A stretch of DNA of 44,716 bases from a virus. Lineage: Duplodnaviria; Caudoviricetes. Positions 5,703 through 15,227 of this stretch are shown here, piece by piece (within the stretch, counting starts at the first letter, position 1; each line of letters begins with the position of its first letter). The translations under genes and the position numbers were made by a program. The stretch covers positions 1 to 44,716 of IMG/VR virus record IMGVR_UViG_3300023223_000058. One strand, 5' to 3'. The notes below the pieces were generated by a model, which was given only the letters and a program-made list of their open reading frames with translations, was not told the origin of the DNA and searched no databases.

Positions 5703-8432
5703 ATGGAACCCATCGACCCTCCCGACACAGACCCCAGAGATCTGTTTCAGACCCAACTACAACTTGAGGCCAACGCCAGATCCCTAGGTGTCGAGCGCTA
5801 CCAGCGTGCCTCTAAGACAGCCCTAGGGAACGAGAAGGAGCTCAAAGATCAGCCCGTAGGCCAAATGATGACCCGCCTATGGGTTGCTCCTATGGCTGAT
5901 GCTCTCAAGGATGCCCTCGGGCAGACAAGAGGATCCGTAGATGCCCGCAGAGCTCGTGAGGAGATCAAAGCCCTCCAATTGACCACCTATGAGCTGTCGT
6001 ATCTCACGATCACCTCAGTCCTTAAGCTCCACCTGATCAAATCTCGACAGGATGTCAACAAATCCCTCCAAGGGGTCGCTGTGCGCCTAGGTAGAGCTTT
6101 GATCCTTGAGGTTAAGGCCAGAGAGTTCGCAGAGACCCACGGTGCCTACTGTGCCTCAGTCCTAAAGTCTCATCAGATGATCAAACGGTCACCTGAGCGG
6201 ATCCTTAAGGTGCTCCTAGAGGGCAAACAGAGGATCTGTGGGGACACAGAGATCGATGTCCAGATGAGCAACCTTGATGCCTATCGTATGGGGATCGAGC
6301 TGATCAAAGTATTTCTAGCAGTGGCACCTGAGTGGTTCGTGAGGACCACAGGCCGAAAGAATCGACTGGCTGAGATCGTCATGACCACCAAATGTCGCGA
6401 GTGGATCCAATCGCGTACCAACATCGCTCAAGAGCTTAGGCCCCTGAGGCAACCAATGGTTGTCCCTCCAGTCGATTGGGCTTCTGATGGTGTCGGTGGG
6501 TACCTGACTATCAAGTCACCTCAGATCCTAGGGTGCAACACTAATCCTAGGGTGGACCACACGACCCAGCCGAGCCTTGAGAACATCAAAGCTATCAATG
6601 TGGCTCAGAGGACCGCATGGCGAGTGAACAAGCGGGTTCTGAAGGTGGCCCAACAGCTCCAACGCAGGGGCCAAGGACACGCAGGTCTCCACGGGTTCGT
6701 TGATGTGCCTGATGAGGTCGGTGTGAACCCTGCTTGGTCTAAGGAGGCCCTTAAGGACTTTCGAGGGGCTCAACGGATAGCCATTCAGGCCAACATTAAG
6801 GCCGCTTGTTTGATCACGACAGATCAGGTCAAGATTGACACCGCTGAGGACTTTAGTTCCTATGAGGCCATCTATTTCCCTCACACCTTTGATTGGCGGG
6901 GACGCATGTACCCTTTGCCTATCCTGATCAACCCTCAGGGGGATGATTTGGCTAAGGGGTTACTTGAGTTCTCCAAAGGGGCACCTCTAGGGACTGATGG
7001 CTATAGGTGGCTTGCGATCCACTGTGCTAACACATATGGAGAGGACAAGCTGTCGTATGCCGACAGGATCAAATGGACTGAGGACAACGAGGATGAGATG
7101 CTGAGGTGCTCTTTGGATCCCTTTAGCAACAAGTTTTGGATGGATGCTGATGATCCCTTCAAGTTCCTCGCCTGCTGTTTCGAGTGGGGTGACCTCATAC
7201 AACATGAGGGCGCTATCACTGAGTTCATCAGTCGTATCCCTATAGCCCTCGATGGGACCTGCTCAGGGCTTCAGCATTTCTCTGCTCTCCTCAAGGACAG
7301 CCGAGGGGGTGCCTCAGTTAATCTGGTGCCCTCAGGGACACCTAATGACATCTATAAAGAGGTGGCTGAGGAGGTCCTTGGGATCATTGGTCAGGGCAAC
7401 TGTGGTCTTCCGATACCTTCAGGCTTCTGGTATACCAGAGCTAAGGGGAACGGGTGGGAGACTGTAGCTAACACATCAAAAAGAGGTGTAAAATCCTTTG
7501 GTCCTAGGTATGGCTCCTACCACAACACCCTAGCTGAGGCACAAGCAGAGGCTGATGCTCTCAACAGGTCCGAGGGGCTCCAACTGAACACCGACTGCTG
7601 GCAAGCGCGTGTCTGGGAGGGCCTCATAAATCGAGGGACCACCAAGCGAGGCGTGATGACCCGACCGTACTCTGTGACCCAGAGAGGCATGTCAGAACAA
7701 CTGTTTGAGTTGATCCGCTCGGAGCCTGAGTATCAGTTGGTCTTTGAAAGGGCCAAGTTTGAAGCCGCTCGAGTCAGAGATAAGATGTCTGACGAGGTGT
7801 GGCTGGCCCACAAAGGGAAACCCTCAGCGGCCTCAGCGTGCTCATGGCTCGCTAAGATCCTACAGGACGCCACAGACAAAGTGGTGGTCGCAAGTCGCGA
7901 TGGTCAGTCGTTCCTCGTTGGGTTGGCTGATGCCTATTCAAAGGCGGGCATGTTTTTCTCATGGGAGACACCTATGGGCATGTCGATCACACAGGGCTAT
8001 CGGAAACCTAAGGAGGTGGCGGTTGCTACATACTTTGGGGGCACGAGAGTTCGATTGAACCTCCTAGATGACACAGGGGAGATCCCTAGGAACGGTAGGA
8101 AGAACAAGTCGGGCGCAAGTCCCAATTGGATCCACTCGATGGATGCGACACATCTCATGATGGCTGTAATCGAATGTTACGACAGAGGAGGCATCAAAGA
8201 CTTTGCTTTGGTCCATGATTCCTTTGGTGTCCACGCAGGTCACGCTCAGGTGCTCTCACAGGCCCTCAGGCATACATTTGCTGACATGTACAAGTCTAAT
8301 CACCTCAGGGAGCTTTGGGACCGAGCGGTTCTGATGGTGCCTGAGGAGTTCCATGAGTTTTTACCTGAGGTCCCTGCGATGGGGACTTTAGATCTAGAGG
8401 TGGTTCGGCGGTCGAACTATTTGTTCTGTTGA
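5703..8432 (+). CDS. gp1: T7-like single-subunit DNA-directed RNA polymerase
   Basis: PMVVPP, DWRGRMYP, motif A DGTCSGLQH, motif B RxxxKRxVMTxxY, PNWIHSMDATH, motif C VHDSFG. Confidence 0.98.
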   Translation: MEPIDPPDTDPRDLFQTQLQLEANARSLGVERYQRASKTALGNEKELKDQPVGQMMTRLWVAPMADALKDALGQTRGSVDARRAREEIKALQLTTYELSYLTITSVLKLHLIKSRQDVNKSLQGVAVRLGRALILEVKAREFAETHGAYCASVLKSHQMIKRSPERILKVLLEGKQRICGDTEIDVQMSNLDAYRMGIELIKVFLAVAPEWFVRTTGRKNRLAEIVMTTKCREWIQSRTNIAQELRPLRQPMVVPPVDWASDGVGGYLTIKSPQILGCNTNPRVDHTTQPSLENIKAINVAQRTAWRVNKRVLKVAQQLQRRGQGHAGLHGFVDVPDEVGVNPAWSKEALKDFRGAQRIAIQANIKAACLITTDQVKIDTAEDFSSYEAIYFPHTFDWRGRMYPLPILINPQGDDLAKGLLEFSKGAPLGTDGYRWLAIHCANTYGEDKLSYADRIKWTEDNEDEMLRCSLDPFSNKFWMDADDPFKFLACCFEWGDLIQHEGAITEFISRIPIALDGTCSGLQHFSALLKDSRGGASVNLVPSGTPNDIYKEVAEEVLGIIGQGNCGLPIPSGFWYTRAKGNGWETVANTSKRGVKSFGPRYGSYHNTLAEAQAEADALNRSEGLQLNTDCWQARVWEGLINRGTTKRGVMTRPYSVTQRGMSEQLFELIRSEPEYQLVFERAKFEAARVRDKMSDEVWLAHKGKPSAASACSWLAKILQDATDKVVVASRDGQSFLVGLADAYSKAGMFFSWETPMGMSITQGYRKPKEVAVATYFGGTRVRLNLLDDTGEIPRNGRKNKSGASPNWIHSMDATHLMMAVIECYDRGGIKDFALVHDSFGVHAGHAQVLSQALRHTFADMYKSNHLRELWDRAVLMVPEEFHEFLPEVPAMGTLDLEVVRRSNYLFC

Positions 8433-8459
8433 CACTGAAGAGACTAAGGAGTACCTAAG

Positions 8460-8864
8460 ATGAGAGAGATTGAATTTAGAGCGTGGGACCCTGAGAGTAA
8501 TACCATATACCTATGGGAGGACATCGATGCTATCGTACAGATGAATACAGGAGGGGTTGGTGTGAAGTTGGATCGACTCAACATCCCTGTCATGGATCAC
8601 TTCTTTGTTGATCAATACACAGGCCTAAAGGATGTCAACGGTGCCAAGATATTCGAGGGGGACATCTGTAGCTTCACCGTGGATGTAGAGAGCGAAGATA
8701 AGGTGCTTATTGGTGCTTGGAGGTTCGATGTTGCTGATAATGGTCGCTCTTACTTCTACCTAGATCACGGAGATGCCTACTGGATGGAAGGTGATAGTAA
8801 GTGGGACGATGGGTCACTCCAGATCATCGGAAACATCCACCAGAACCCAGAGCTCCTAGGGTAA
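8460..8864 (+). CDS. YopX-family protein
   Basis: MREIEFRAWD...QYTGLKDVNGAKIFEGDI...IIGNIHQNPELL signature. Confidence 0.92.
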   Translation: MREIEFRAWDPESNTIYLWEDIDAIVQMNTGGVGVKLDRLNIPVMDHFFVDQYTGLKDVNGAKIFEGDICSFTVDVESEDKVLIGAWRFDVADNGRSYFYLDHGDAYWMEGDSKWDDGSLQIIGNIHQNPELLG

Positions 8865-8890
8865 CCCAGACGCTCGAAATATACAAATAC

Positions 8891-8926
8891 AAAGCCCCAC
8901 CTACTGACCCTAGGTGGGGCTCTTTT
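8891..8926 (+). terminator. Rho-independent terminator (early terminator equivalent)
   Basis: AGCCCCACCTA-CTGACCC-TAGGTGGGGCT followed by CTTTT, at the end of the early region. Confidence 0.8.
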
Positions 8927-9109
8927 GTGCCCCTAGGATCCCTCAGGAGACCTCCGTTAAGGCCCCTCTAAGCCACGATAGACCCCAAGGTGACCTCTGA
9001 TACCAATCGAGGGCTAAAGCCTGCGAGAGGTACCTTAGAACACCTTAGAACATCATCTCCTAGGTGATGCCGATGGGTTGATGTGTGTATCCGTGGGTTA
9101 TGCCTGCGT

Positions 9110-9340
9110 CTTCTTAAGAGACCTAAGGTAATAGATATTAAGAGATATCTTAAGTGAAGACTATAGGATCCTAAGTACCCCTAAGGGGTACTTAGGTATC
9201 TTAAGAGTCCTTAGGGTATCTATAGGAACTTAAGAGGTGTCTTAGATTGGTTTCACCAATTAATTTAACTAAGGAGGACCTTAAGAGCCCTGATAGGTGT
9301 CCAAAAGGTGTCCTCTTAAGGACCTATAGATGCTCAAAAG
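9110..9340. other. Putative replication origin region (CTTAAG/CTTAGG/CTATAG iterations, 12-bp inverted repeat)
   Basis: Non-coding and AT-rich; CCTAAGTACCCC-TAA-GGGGTACTTAGG at 9170-9196; position after RNAP matches the T7 primary origin. Confidence 0.5.
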
Positions 9341-9356
9341 GTACAAGTGTATCTGA

Positions 9357-9398
9357 TCACAGCCTACTAGGAACTGAGGCATATTTGGTGTCTCTTGA
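9357..9398 (+). promoter_or_regulatory. Putative phage promoter plus hairpin; 41-bp direct repeat copy 1
   Basis: CACAGCCTACTAGGAACTGAGGCATATTTGGTGTCTCTTGA; 39/41 identical to 10342-10382. Confidence 0.7.
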
Positions 9399-9428
9399 GA
9401 GACTAATGAACCCTTAGGAGGACTTAAG

Positions 9429-10103
9429 ATGAGATGTCTGAACTGTGGTGATTATAAAGAGAAGGCCTTCCGAGGCCTCAAGTGTGACGATTGTAAACCT
9501 AAGATAAACCCAAGGAACCCCAAGATGACCAATGAACACGAGTACCAAGAATCTGAAGCCATGTTGCCCACCAAAGACGGGTGGAACTACCTAGGGTGGA
9601 ACAAAGGCCGCAGGGTCTACAGCCGCCTTTTGAAGCCTGAGGTCCCACAGACCCCAGCGGAGACCTTAGGGTTGACCGTGGGATCCCTTCACTGGGACTT
9701 TGTTGATAACACAGGGGTCCGTGAGGTTCTCTGCGGTGACTTCTACATGCTGTACACCAAAATCGAACCAGAGGGGAAGAAGTATTCCATAGATCCAGAT
9801 TGGTGTTATCCTGAGGAATACCGACAGGTCACCAGAGACTCCAAGGAAGCCATCGCGGCCATGGGACCTGTCGAGGCTGAGGCGGCTCTAATCGAAGGTT
9901 GGGTCTTACACCAACCGTATCACAATCGACACGACTGGTGTCTTGAGTTCCAAGGTAAAGGGATATGTATTAGCTCCTCTCGACAGTATTGTATGGATAG
10001 CTATCGAACCTTCACTCAACCCCAAGAACCCATCGAAACCCTGCGAGCCCAACTGGCTGAGAAGCAGGACCTTATTAATCAGATACAGAGGTTGACCTCA
10101 TGA
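9429..10103 (+). CDS. Hypothetical protein (N-terminal CxxC...CxxC; LGLxVG motif)
   Basis: AGGAGG RBS; TPAETLGLTVG resembles segments of the 13007 and 15227 ORFs. Confidence 0.7.
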   Translation: MRCLNCGDYKEKAFRGLKCDDCKPKINPRNPKMTNEHEYQESEAMLPTKDGWNYLGWNKGRRVYSRLLKPEVPQTPAETLGLTVGSLHWDFVDNTGVREVLCGDFYMLYTKIEPEGKKYSIDPDWCYPEEYRQVTRDSKEAIAAMGPVEAEAALIEGWVLHQPYHNRHDWCLEFQGKGICISSSRQYCMDSYRTFTQPQEPIETLRAQLAEKQDLINQIQRLTS

Positions 10104-10354
10104 CCACCAAGACTAAAGACCTAGCCATCGTTGTATTTATGTGTCTCCTATGTGTCTCAGGAGGCTTTGGGATCGCCCAAGGCCTCCAGACTCTTGAGGA
10201 CCAACAGGCTCAAGAGGCCCTCGACCTCGCAGACCGCAAGGCCTACCAACAGCTCGTGATAGACCTCAAGGTTGAACAAGAGGCTCATGTTGCCACCCTC
10301 AAGGCTATCACTCGATACCTGAATGAGACCGCTGGGGCGACCACAGCCTACTAG
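10100..10354 (+). CDS. Membrane-anchored coiled-coil protein
   Basis: Hydrophobic N-terminus followed by a helical region. Confidence 0.65.
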   Translation: MTTKTKDLAIVVFMCLLCVSGGFGIAQGLQTLEDQQAQEALDLADRKAYQQLVIDLKVEQEAHVATLKAITRYLNETAGATTAY

Positions 10355-10382
10355 GAACTGAGGCACATTTGGTGCCTCTTGA
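10341..10382 (+). promoter_or_regulatory. Putative phage promoter plus hairpin; 41-bp direct repeat copy 2
   Basis: CACAGCCTACTAGGAACTGAGGCACATTTGGTGCCTCTTGA. Confidence 0.7.
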
Positions 10383-10409
10383 ACCCCACCTGAATACCTA
10401 AGGATACTT

Positions 10410-10625
10410 ATGTCTGAACTATCGGCATTAACATTCGACCTATCTGCTGATAATAGCAATGGGAAGACGGGGCTCCATCTGACCCGTCAGGACCATGAGT
10501 ACTTCTTCTGTCTAACAGGGGAATACAAAGGAAGTCCAATACAAATTGATTTTGATATGATGTTGAAGTCTGAACTTGAGGAGCTTAGCATCATTCTCGA
10601 TCTGATCCTTGAAACCCACCCTTGA
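10410..10625 (+). CDS. Small acidic hypothetical protein
   Basis: AAGGA RBS; first gene after the promoter-like repeat. Confidence 0.6.
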   Translation: MSELSALTFDLSADNSNGKTGLHLTRQDHEYFFCLTGEYKGSPIQIDFDMMLKSELEELSIILDLILETHP

Positions 10626-10638
10626 ACAAAGGAACCAC

Positions 10639-10815
10639 ATGAACGAACCAATGACAGACAAAGAGACCACCTGTATCGAAAGAATACAAGCGCTCAAAGA
10701 CGAACCCCAAGGTGACCCTTGGCAACAGAAGCAACGCCAAGGGAAACTGAAGCGACTTGTGGCTACCCTATCTGGGTTGTACCACAAGGATCACTATGCA
10801 CATACAAACCACTGA
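10639..10815 (+). CDS. Hypothetical protein
   Basis: AAGGA RBS before ATG 10639 (MNEPMTDK). Confidence 0.5.
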   Translation: MNEPMTDKETTCIERIQALKDEPQGDPWQQKQRQGKLKRLVATLSGLYHKDHYAHTNH

Positions 10816-10830
10816 CCTGAGGACCACATC

Positions 10831-11061
10831 ATGTTCGATACACTCTTCGCATCCCTCGGGATCGCCTTTATCCTATTCTTCGTATCTATCTTAGTCGCTT
10901 GGCCTGTAAACTTCTATAAGCTTACCCAATGTGACTTTGATGGCAACGGGAACCATAAGAACGAGATCATCCACGCGGTTGGTTTGGTCCCCATCTTCGC
11001 ACCTGTGACCGTATGGTTTCCCACAGACTCATCAGACCCCCAAGACACACCCAACCAATAA
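10831..11061 (+). CDS. Phage membrane protein
   Basis: Two hydrophobic segments; WxxNxYKLxxCDF...EIIHAVG pattern. Confidence 0.7.
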   Translation: MFDTLFASLGIAFILFFVSILVAWPVNFYKLTQCDFDGNGNHKNEIIHAVGLVPIFAPVTVWFPTDSSDPQDTPNQ

Positions 11062-11071
11062 GGAGCCACCC

Positions 11072-11746
11072 ATGGCAAACCACGCATCACCCAAAGGCCT
11101 CGCCCGATTCTCGAAACTCGTAGAGGCTGATTTCTTCAAAGATAAATGGACCTATAACACCGACCTGATCATTGACCCCTCAGAGCCTGAAGCCGCCGCC
11201 GCCATCGCAAGTCTGCAAAAGATCGCTGATGAGGCCTTCGCTGAGGTCAAAGCTGATCTCCAAAAGAAGGTCACAGATGCAAGGAACGGTGCTGACGCTA
11301 AGAAGGCCCAAAAGGCCCTCGATGATGTTGAGCTCCACCCTGTCATCCACGACCTGTTGGACCGCGAGTCTGGTGAGCCCACAGGTAAGATGTTCCTGAA
11401 GTTCAAGACACAAGCCAACGACAAACAGGGTAACCGTAAGCACCTACGATTCTTTGATGCCAAAGGTGCTCCCTTCAAGCCCACAGGTGAGCTTGGGTTC
11501 GGCTCGGTCATCCGTGTGAACTACAGCACCAACCATGCCTATGTGCAGAACAAAGTGTTCCTCACGCTCTACATCAACGGGGTCCAAGTGATCTCCATGA
11601 GTGGCGCAGGTGGATCCGCTGAAGACATGGGCTTTGGCTCTGAAGAAGGTGGCTTTGACTCCTCAGATGTCAACGGGGACTTTGGTGCCTCTGGTCAGAC
11701 TGAAGAGGTCTCTGTGGGCGCCGATGGTACCGGAGCTGACTACTGA
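11072..11746 (+). CDS. gp2.5: Single-stranded DNA-binding protein (T7 gp2.5-like)
   Basis: SPKGLARF N-terminus, LKFK, FFDAKG, GFGS, LYINGVQVI; acidic tail ending in Tyr. Confidence 0.92.
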   Translation: MANHASPKGLARFSKLVEADFFKDKWTYNTDLIIDPSEPEAAAAIASLQKIADEAFAEVKADLQKKVTDARNGADAKKAQKALDDVELHPVIHDLLDRESGEPTGKMFLKFKTQANDKQGNRKHLRFFDAKGAPFKPTGELGFGSVIRVNYSTNHAYVQNKVFLTLYINGVQVISMSGAGGSAEDMGFGSEEGGFDSSDVNGDFGASGQTEEVSVGADGTGADY

Positions 11747-11766
11747 CTCAGGTCTAGTGCTCAAAC

Positions 11767-11809
11767 GCCTCACAGGTACCTGCAAAGGCCTCCTGTGGGG
11801 CTTCTGTTT
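11767..11809 (+). promoter_or_regulatory. Long hairpin with GCAA tetraloop (RNase III site or terminator)
   Basis: GCCTCACAGG-TA-CCT-GCAA-AGG-CCT-CCTGTGGGGC followed by TTCTGTTT. Confidence 0.55.
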
Positions 11810-11826
11810 ATAACAAGGAGACACCT

Positions 11827-12054
11827 ATGACCCCCGAACAAGAATGGAGACGGTTCAAGGCTCGTCAGATCCTAATGCACCTTATGTCCCATGAGTACCT
11901 AGATAACTCAAGGCTCTTGGTCGGAGAGGATCGAGTCGCAAGTGCTCTTGAGCAGGCTGGTGTTATCAAGATGAAACCTAACCTGATCGATTGGATCATT
12001 GGGGACCTTGAGATGGCTAGGTTCCTCTTATATGGAGAGATGCCCCATGCCTAA
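11827..12054 (+). CDS. Hypothetical protein
   Basis: AAGGAG RBS. Confidence 0.65.
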   Translation: MTPEQEWRRFKARQILMHLMSHEYLDNSRLLVGEDRVASALEQAGVIKMKPNLIDWIIGDLEMARFLLYGEMPHA

Positions 12055-12424
12055 GAACATCTACCGCTCCCAACTGGAGCAAAGGATCGCACATGATCTC
12101 CAAAAGAAACATGTGCCTTTCGAGTTCGAGACCTTAAAAATCCCGTACCACCGAAAGGACTCTGTGTACACGCCAGACTTTATCCTGCCCAACTCGATCA
12201 TCATCGAGGCCAAGGGTCGGCTACATCAGGCAGACAGAGTTAAAATGATATTGGTGAAAACCCAACATCCCCATTTGGACATTCGGTTTGTGTTCCAAAG
12301 GGCCGCAGTGAAGATCCGAAAGGGATCCAAGACCACCTACGCCATGTGGGCAGATAAACATGGCTTCCCATGGGCTGAAAAGCTCATACCTATCAAATGG
12401 ATCCGTGAGACACGGGTTATCTGA
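12047..12424 (+). CDS. gp3: Endonuclease I / Holliday junction resolvase
   Basis: YRSQLE, YTPDFILPN, IEAKG, DIRFVFQ, SKTTYAMWADKHGF. Confidence 0.96.
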   Translation: MPKNIYRSQLEQRIAHDLQKKHVPFEFETLKIPYHRKDSVYTPDFILPNSIIIEAKGRLHQADRVKMILVKTQHPHLDIRFVFQRAAVKIRKGSKTTYAMWADKHGFPWAEKLIPIKWIRETRVI

Positions 12425-12433
12425 GGAGAGAAT

Positions 12434-12715
12434 ATGAAAGTATCACAAGAAGATGGTAAGCTAATTGTATGGGGAGACATCGAAGGCTGGGAACAGGTCG
12501 GTGACTCTGAGATGTACGAGAAAGGCCGATGGACCACCAGTTACTATGGTCTCTTCAGACACCTAGAATCCGATGTGGTCTACAGCATGTGTTGGCAAGA
12601 AGGATCCACTGAATGTCAAGACGACACCGAGATGTTCTGGGATGACCCTGAGCTGACCGAGATGGTCCAGAAGGAAATCACAACGACCCAATGGGTTAAC
12701 AAGGAGACCTCCTGA
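12434..12715 (+). CDS. Acidic hypothetical protein
   Basis: GAGGAG RBS; GRW...GSTECQD pattern. Confidence 0.7.
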   Translation: MKVSQEDGKLIVWGDIEGWEQVGDSEMYEKGRWTTSYYGLFRHLESDVVYSMCWQEGSTECQDDTEMFWDDPELTEMVQKEITTTQWVNKETS

Positions 12716-12716
12716 G

Positions 12717-13007
12717 ATGGAACTATCACCAGCCGAACTAAAACACAGGATCGCAGGGCTCAGCAGGCCCCAACGGCGATCCCAAGCCCGTCAATCGTGG
12801 AACCTGCTGGCCCTGTGGACTGACAAAGAGTATGCCCACATGAGCCGACAGGCCGCACGAGCCGCCTCTTGGAAAGCCTATTGGGCCATGTGGCGAGAGG
12901 ATTACCAGCCGCCTGTGGTCCATGCGACCTATCAAAGTCAACCTGTTGCCACCCCGTGGTACAAGCAGGCCTATCGAGAACTGAAGCAACTGTGGAGTCA
13001 TGTGTGA
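12717..13007 (+). CDS. Hypothetical protein (Trp/Arg-rich)
   Basis: AAGGAG RBS; fills the gap. Confidence 0.65.
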   Translation: MELSPAELKHRIAGLSRPQRRSQARQSWNLLALWTDKEYAHMSRQAARAASWKAYWAMWREDYQPPVVHATYQSQPVATPWYKQAYRELKQLWSHV

Positions 13008-13516
13008 TGTTAAGAATAAAATTGTTGGACCCTATTGAGGGTTATGAGTCTGAAGCTGAGTATCGAGTGCCTGCTAAGGGGGAGTCGTTCATACAAGAGG
13101 CTGATGATAAGCCTAAGATCAATGACTACTTCAGACACGGATCCTACATCTGCCTGACGAAAAATCAGACCTGTCTGGAGCGTTTGGGTCTTAAGGTGGG
13201 CTTTGGGTACATCAGTGCTAATAATGCCTTCCTGATCTCTGGTCCTGAGGATGCGGTCCGTTCTTGGATGACCTGTGGTCGAGGGTGGACTAGACCCATG
13301 GGTACCTGTCTACTGAAACCCGAAGTAGGCTGTACAGCCGCTCTTACGGAAAACAGCAGGTCCTTATTTGAGGAGTACCCCCTAGGATCCCCAGAGCTCA
13401 TCGAGGTCTTCGGTGGCCTCGCTCTTCTGCCCGCAGATCTCGAACGCGCCCAAGAGGTCAAGCGGCTCCAAGGGATCCTCGAGCAAACCCAGCGTGACCT
13501 TGAGAACCTCAAGTGA
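13007..13516 (+). CDS. Hypothetical protein, paralogue of 15227/15347 ORF
   Basis: IKLLDPIEGYESEAEYR...GESFI...LTK...ERLGLKVG. Confidence 0.7.
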   Translation: MLRIKLLDPIEGYESEAEYRVPAKGESFIQEADDKPKINDYFRHGSYICLTKNQTCLERLGLKVGFGYISANNAFLISGPEDAVRSWMTCGRGWTRPMGTCLLKPEVGCTAALTENSRSLFEEYPLGSPELIEVFGGLALLPADLERAQEVKRLQGILEQTQRDLENLK

Positions 13517-13521
13517 CCACC

Positions 13522-13626
13522 ATGGTTACATTAGGTCTGACTGCCGCACCCACACTTGGGATCATAGGGGTGTTCATTTTGTTCGCCCTGTTGATCTTCA
13601 TTCTCACTCGAGGACCTGAGGGATGA
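13522..13626 (+). CDS. Small membrane protein (34 aa)
   Basis: MVTLGLTAAPTLGIIGVFILFALLIFILTRGPEG; stop overlaps the primase ATG. Confidence 0.5.
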   Translation: MVTLGLTAAPTLGIIGVFILFALLIFILTRGPEG

Positions 13627-15227
13627 AAGGTCCCTGCCCCAACTGCCCATCCTCAGACGGACACCATACCTATGAGGATGGGTCGGGGTATTGTTTCGTC
13701 TGCTCTGAGTACACCAAGTCACCCAACGGTAACAGCGATTCTGCTACTGTAACAACCCCAAGGTTACAAAGCATGAAAGGAGTTATCAAGGACCTTGAGT
13801 TTGCCCCGCTGAGTAAGCGAGGTATCTCTCAGGTCACCTGCAAGCAGTACCACTACGGTCTCCACGAGGGAGCCCAATACGCCTCATATTTCAACGACAA
13901 GAAACAGATCGTGGCTCAAAAGATCCGCAGGGCTGACAAACAGTTCGCCTGTGTTGGCGACATGTCTCAAGCTCTGCTCTTTGGGCAACATTTGTTCCCG
14001 AGCGGGGGTAAAAGGCTCGTCATAACAGAAGGTGAGATCGATTGTCTCTCTGTCGCTCAGTCGATGGTCGGGTGGCCTGTGGTCTCCATACCCAGCGGAG
14101 CCCAATCAGCCGCGAAGGCCATCAAGGCCCAGTTAACATGGATCGAGTCGTTCCAAGAGATCATCTTGGCCTTCGATGCTGATGACGCTGGACATAAGGC
14201 GGCTCTTGAGGTCTGTGGGTTCCTGAAGCTAGGACATGTGAAGATCGCTCAGTACCCTAAGGGTATGAAGGACGCCAACGACTGCCTCAGGGCTCGAATG
14301 GATGTCGGTAAGATCATTTTGTTCTCCAGTCAACCCTACAGACCTGATGGAATCATCGATGGTAGGGAGCTCTGGGGTGAAATGATGGACCACTGGGAAG
14401 GCAAAGTCCCCGACTCATTCCCCTTCGCCTACCCTAAGCTGAACGAAAGAACCGCAGGCCAAAGGAAAGGTGAGGTGGTCATGTGGACCGCAGGCACAGG
14501 GATCGGTAAGTCAACCATCGTCAATGAGGTGGCTTACGATCTGTTGGTGAACAAAGGATGCACCGTAGGCATAGTGGCTCTAGAGGAATCTAAGAAGATC
14601 ACAGGCCTCAGGTACATCTCTATGCACACCAAGAAGCGTCTGCACATCAATCCTCAACAGGTGACCTTTGATGAATACGAGGAGGCCTTTAAGGTGACCG
14701 CAGGGTCAGGCCGTCTGTTCCTCTATGATCACTTTGGATCCACAGACTCCGACAACCTCATGAGCAAACTGCGGTTCCTTGCGGTCTCATGTGCATGTGA
14801 CTTCATCATCCTTGACCACATCTCTATCGCCATCATCGACCAAGGTGAAGACGAAAGAAAATCCATCGACAGCCTAATGAAGGGCCTTTGCTCCCTCACG
14901 GAGGGCGTGGGTGTCGGCATCCATGCCGTGTGTCACCTAAGGAAACCCAAGGGAGACCGAGGGTTCGAGGATGGAGAAAGGATTACCCTTGGGCACCTTA
15001 GGGGCTCTGGTGGTATCGCTCAGATGTCTCACACGGTCCTAGCGGCCGAACGAGATACTCAGGATGAAGATTGTGGCACCACATTACGGGTGCTCAAATG
15101 TCGTTTCACTGGTGACACTGGTCCCTGTGATGTTATTAAGTACTCTAAGGAGACAGGCAGGTTCGACCTCGTGACTGAGGGGGAACAGATGTTTTCTGTA
15201 GAGGATGATGGTACGGAGGATTACTGA
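13623..15227 (+). CDS. gp4: DNA primase-helicase
   Basis: Zn ribbon CPNC..SD...YCFVC; TOPRIM ITEGEID and FDADDAG; Walker A AGTGIGKS; ILDHIS; LRGSGGIAQ; KCRFTG. Confidence 0.97.
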   Translation: MKGPCPNCPSSDGHHTYEDGSGYCFVCSEYTKSPNGNSDSATVTTPRLQSMKGVIKDLEFAPLSKRGISQVTCKQYHYGLHEGAQYASYFNDKKQIVAQKIRRADKQFACVGDMSQALLFGQHLFPSGGKRLVITEGEIDCLSVAQSMVGWPVVSIPSGAQSAAKAIKAQLTWIESFQEIILAFDADDAGHKAALEVCGFLKLGHVKIAQYPKGMKDANDCLRARMDVGKIILFSSQPYRPDGIIDGRELWGEMMDHWEGKVPDSFPFAYPKLNERTAGQRKGEVVMWTAGTGIGKSTIVNEVAYDLLVNKGCTVGIVALEESKKITGLRYISMHTKKRLHINPQQVTFDEYEEAFKVTAGSGRLFLYDHFGSTDSDNLMSKLRFLAVSCACDFIILDHISIAIIDQGEDERKSIDSLMKGLCSLTEGVGVGIHAVCHLRKPKGDRGFEDGERITLGHLRGSGGIAQMSHTVLAAERDTQDEDCGTTLRVLKCRFTGDTGPCDVIKYSKETGRFDLVTEGEQMFSVEDDGTEDY

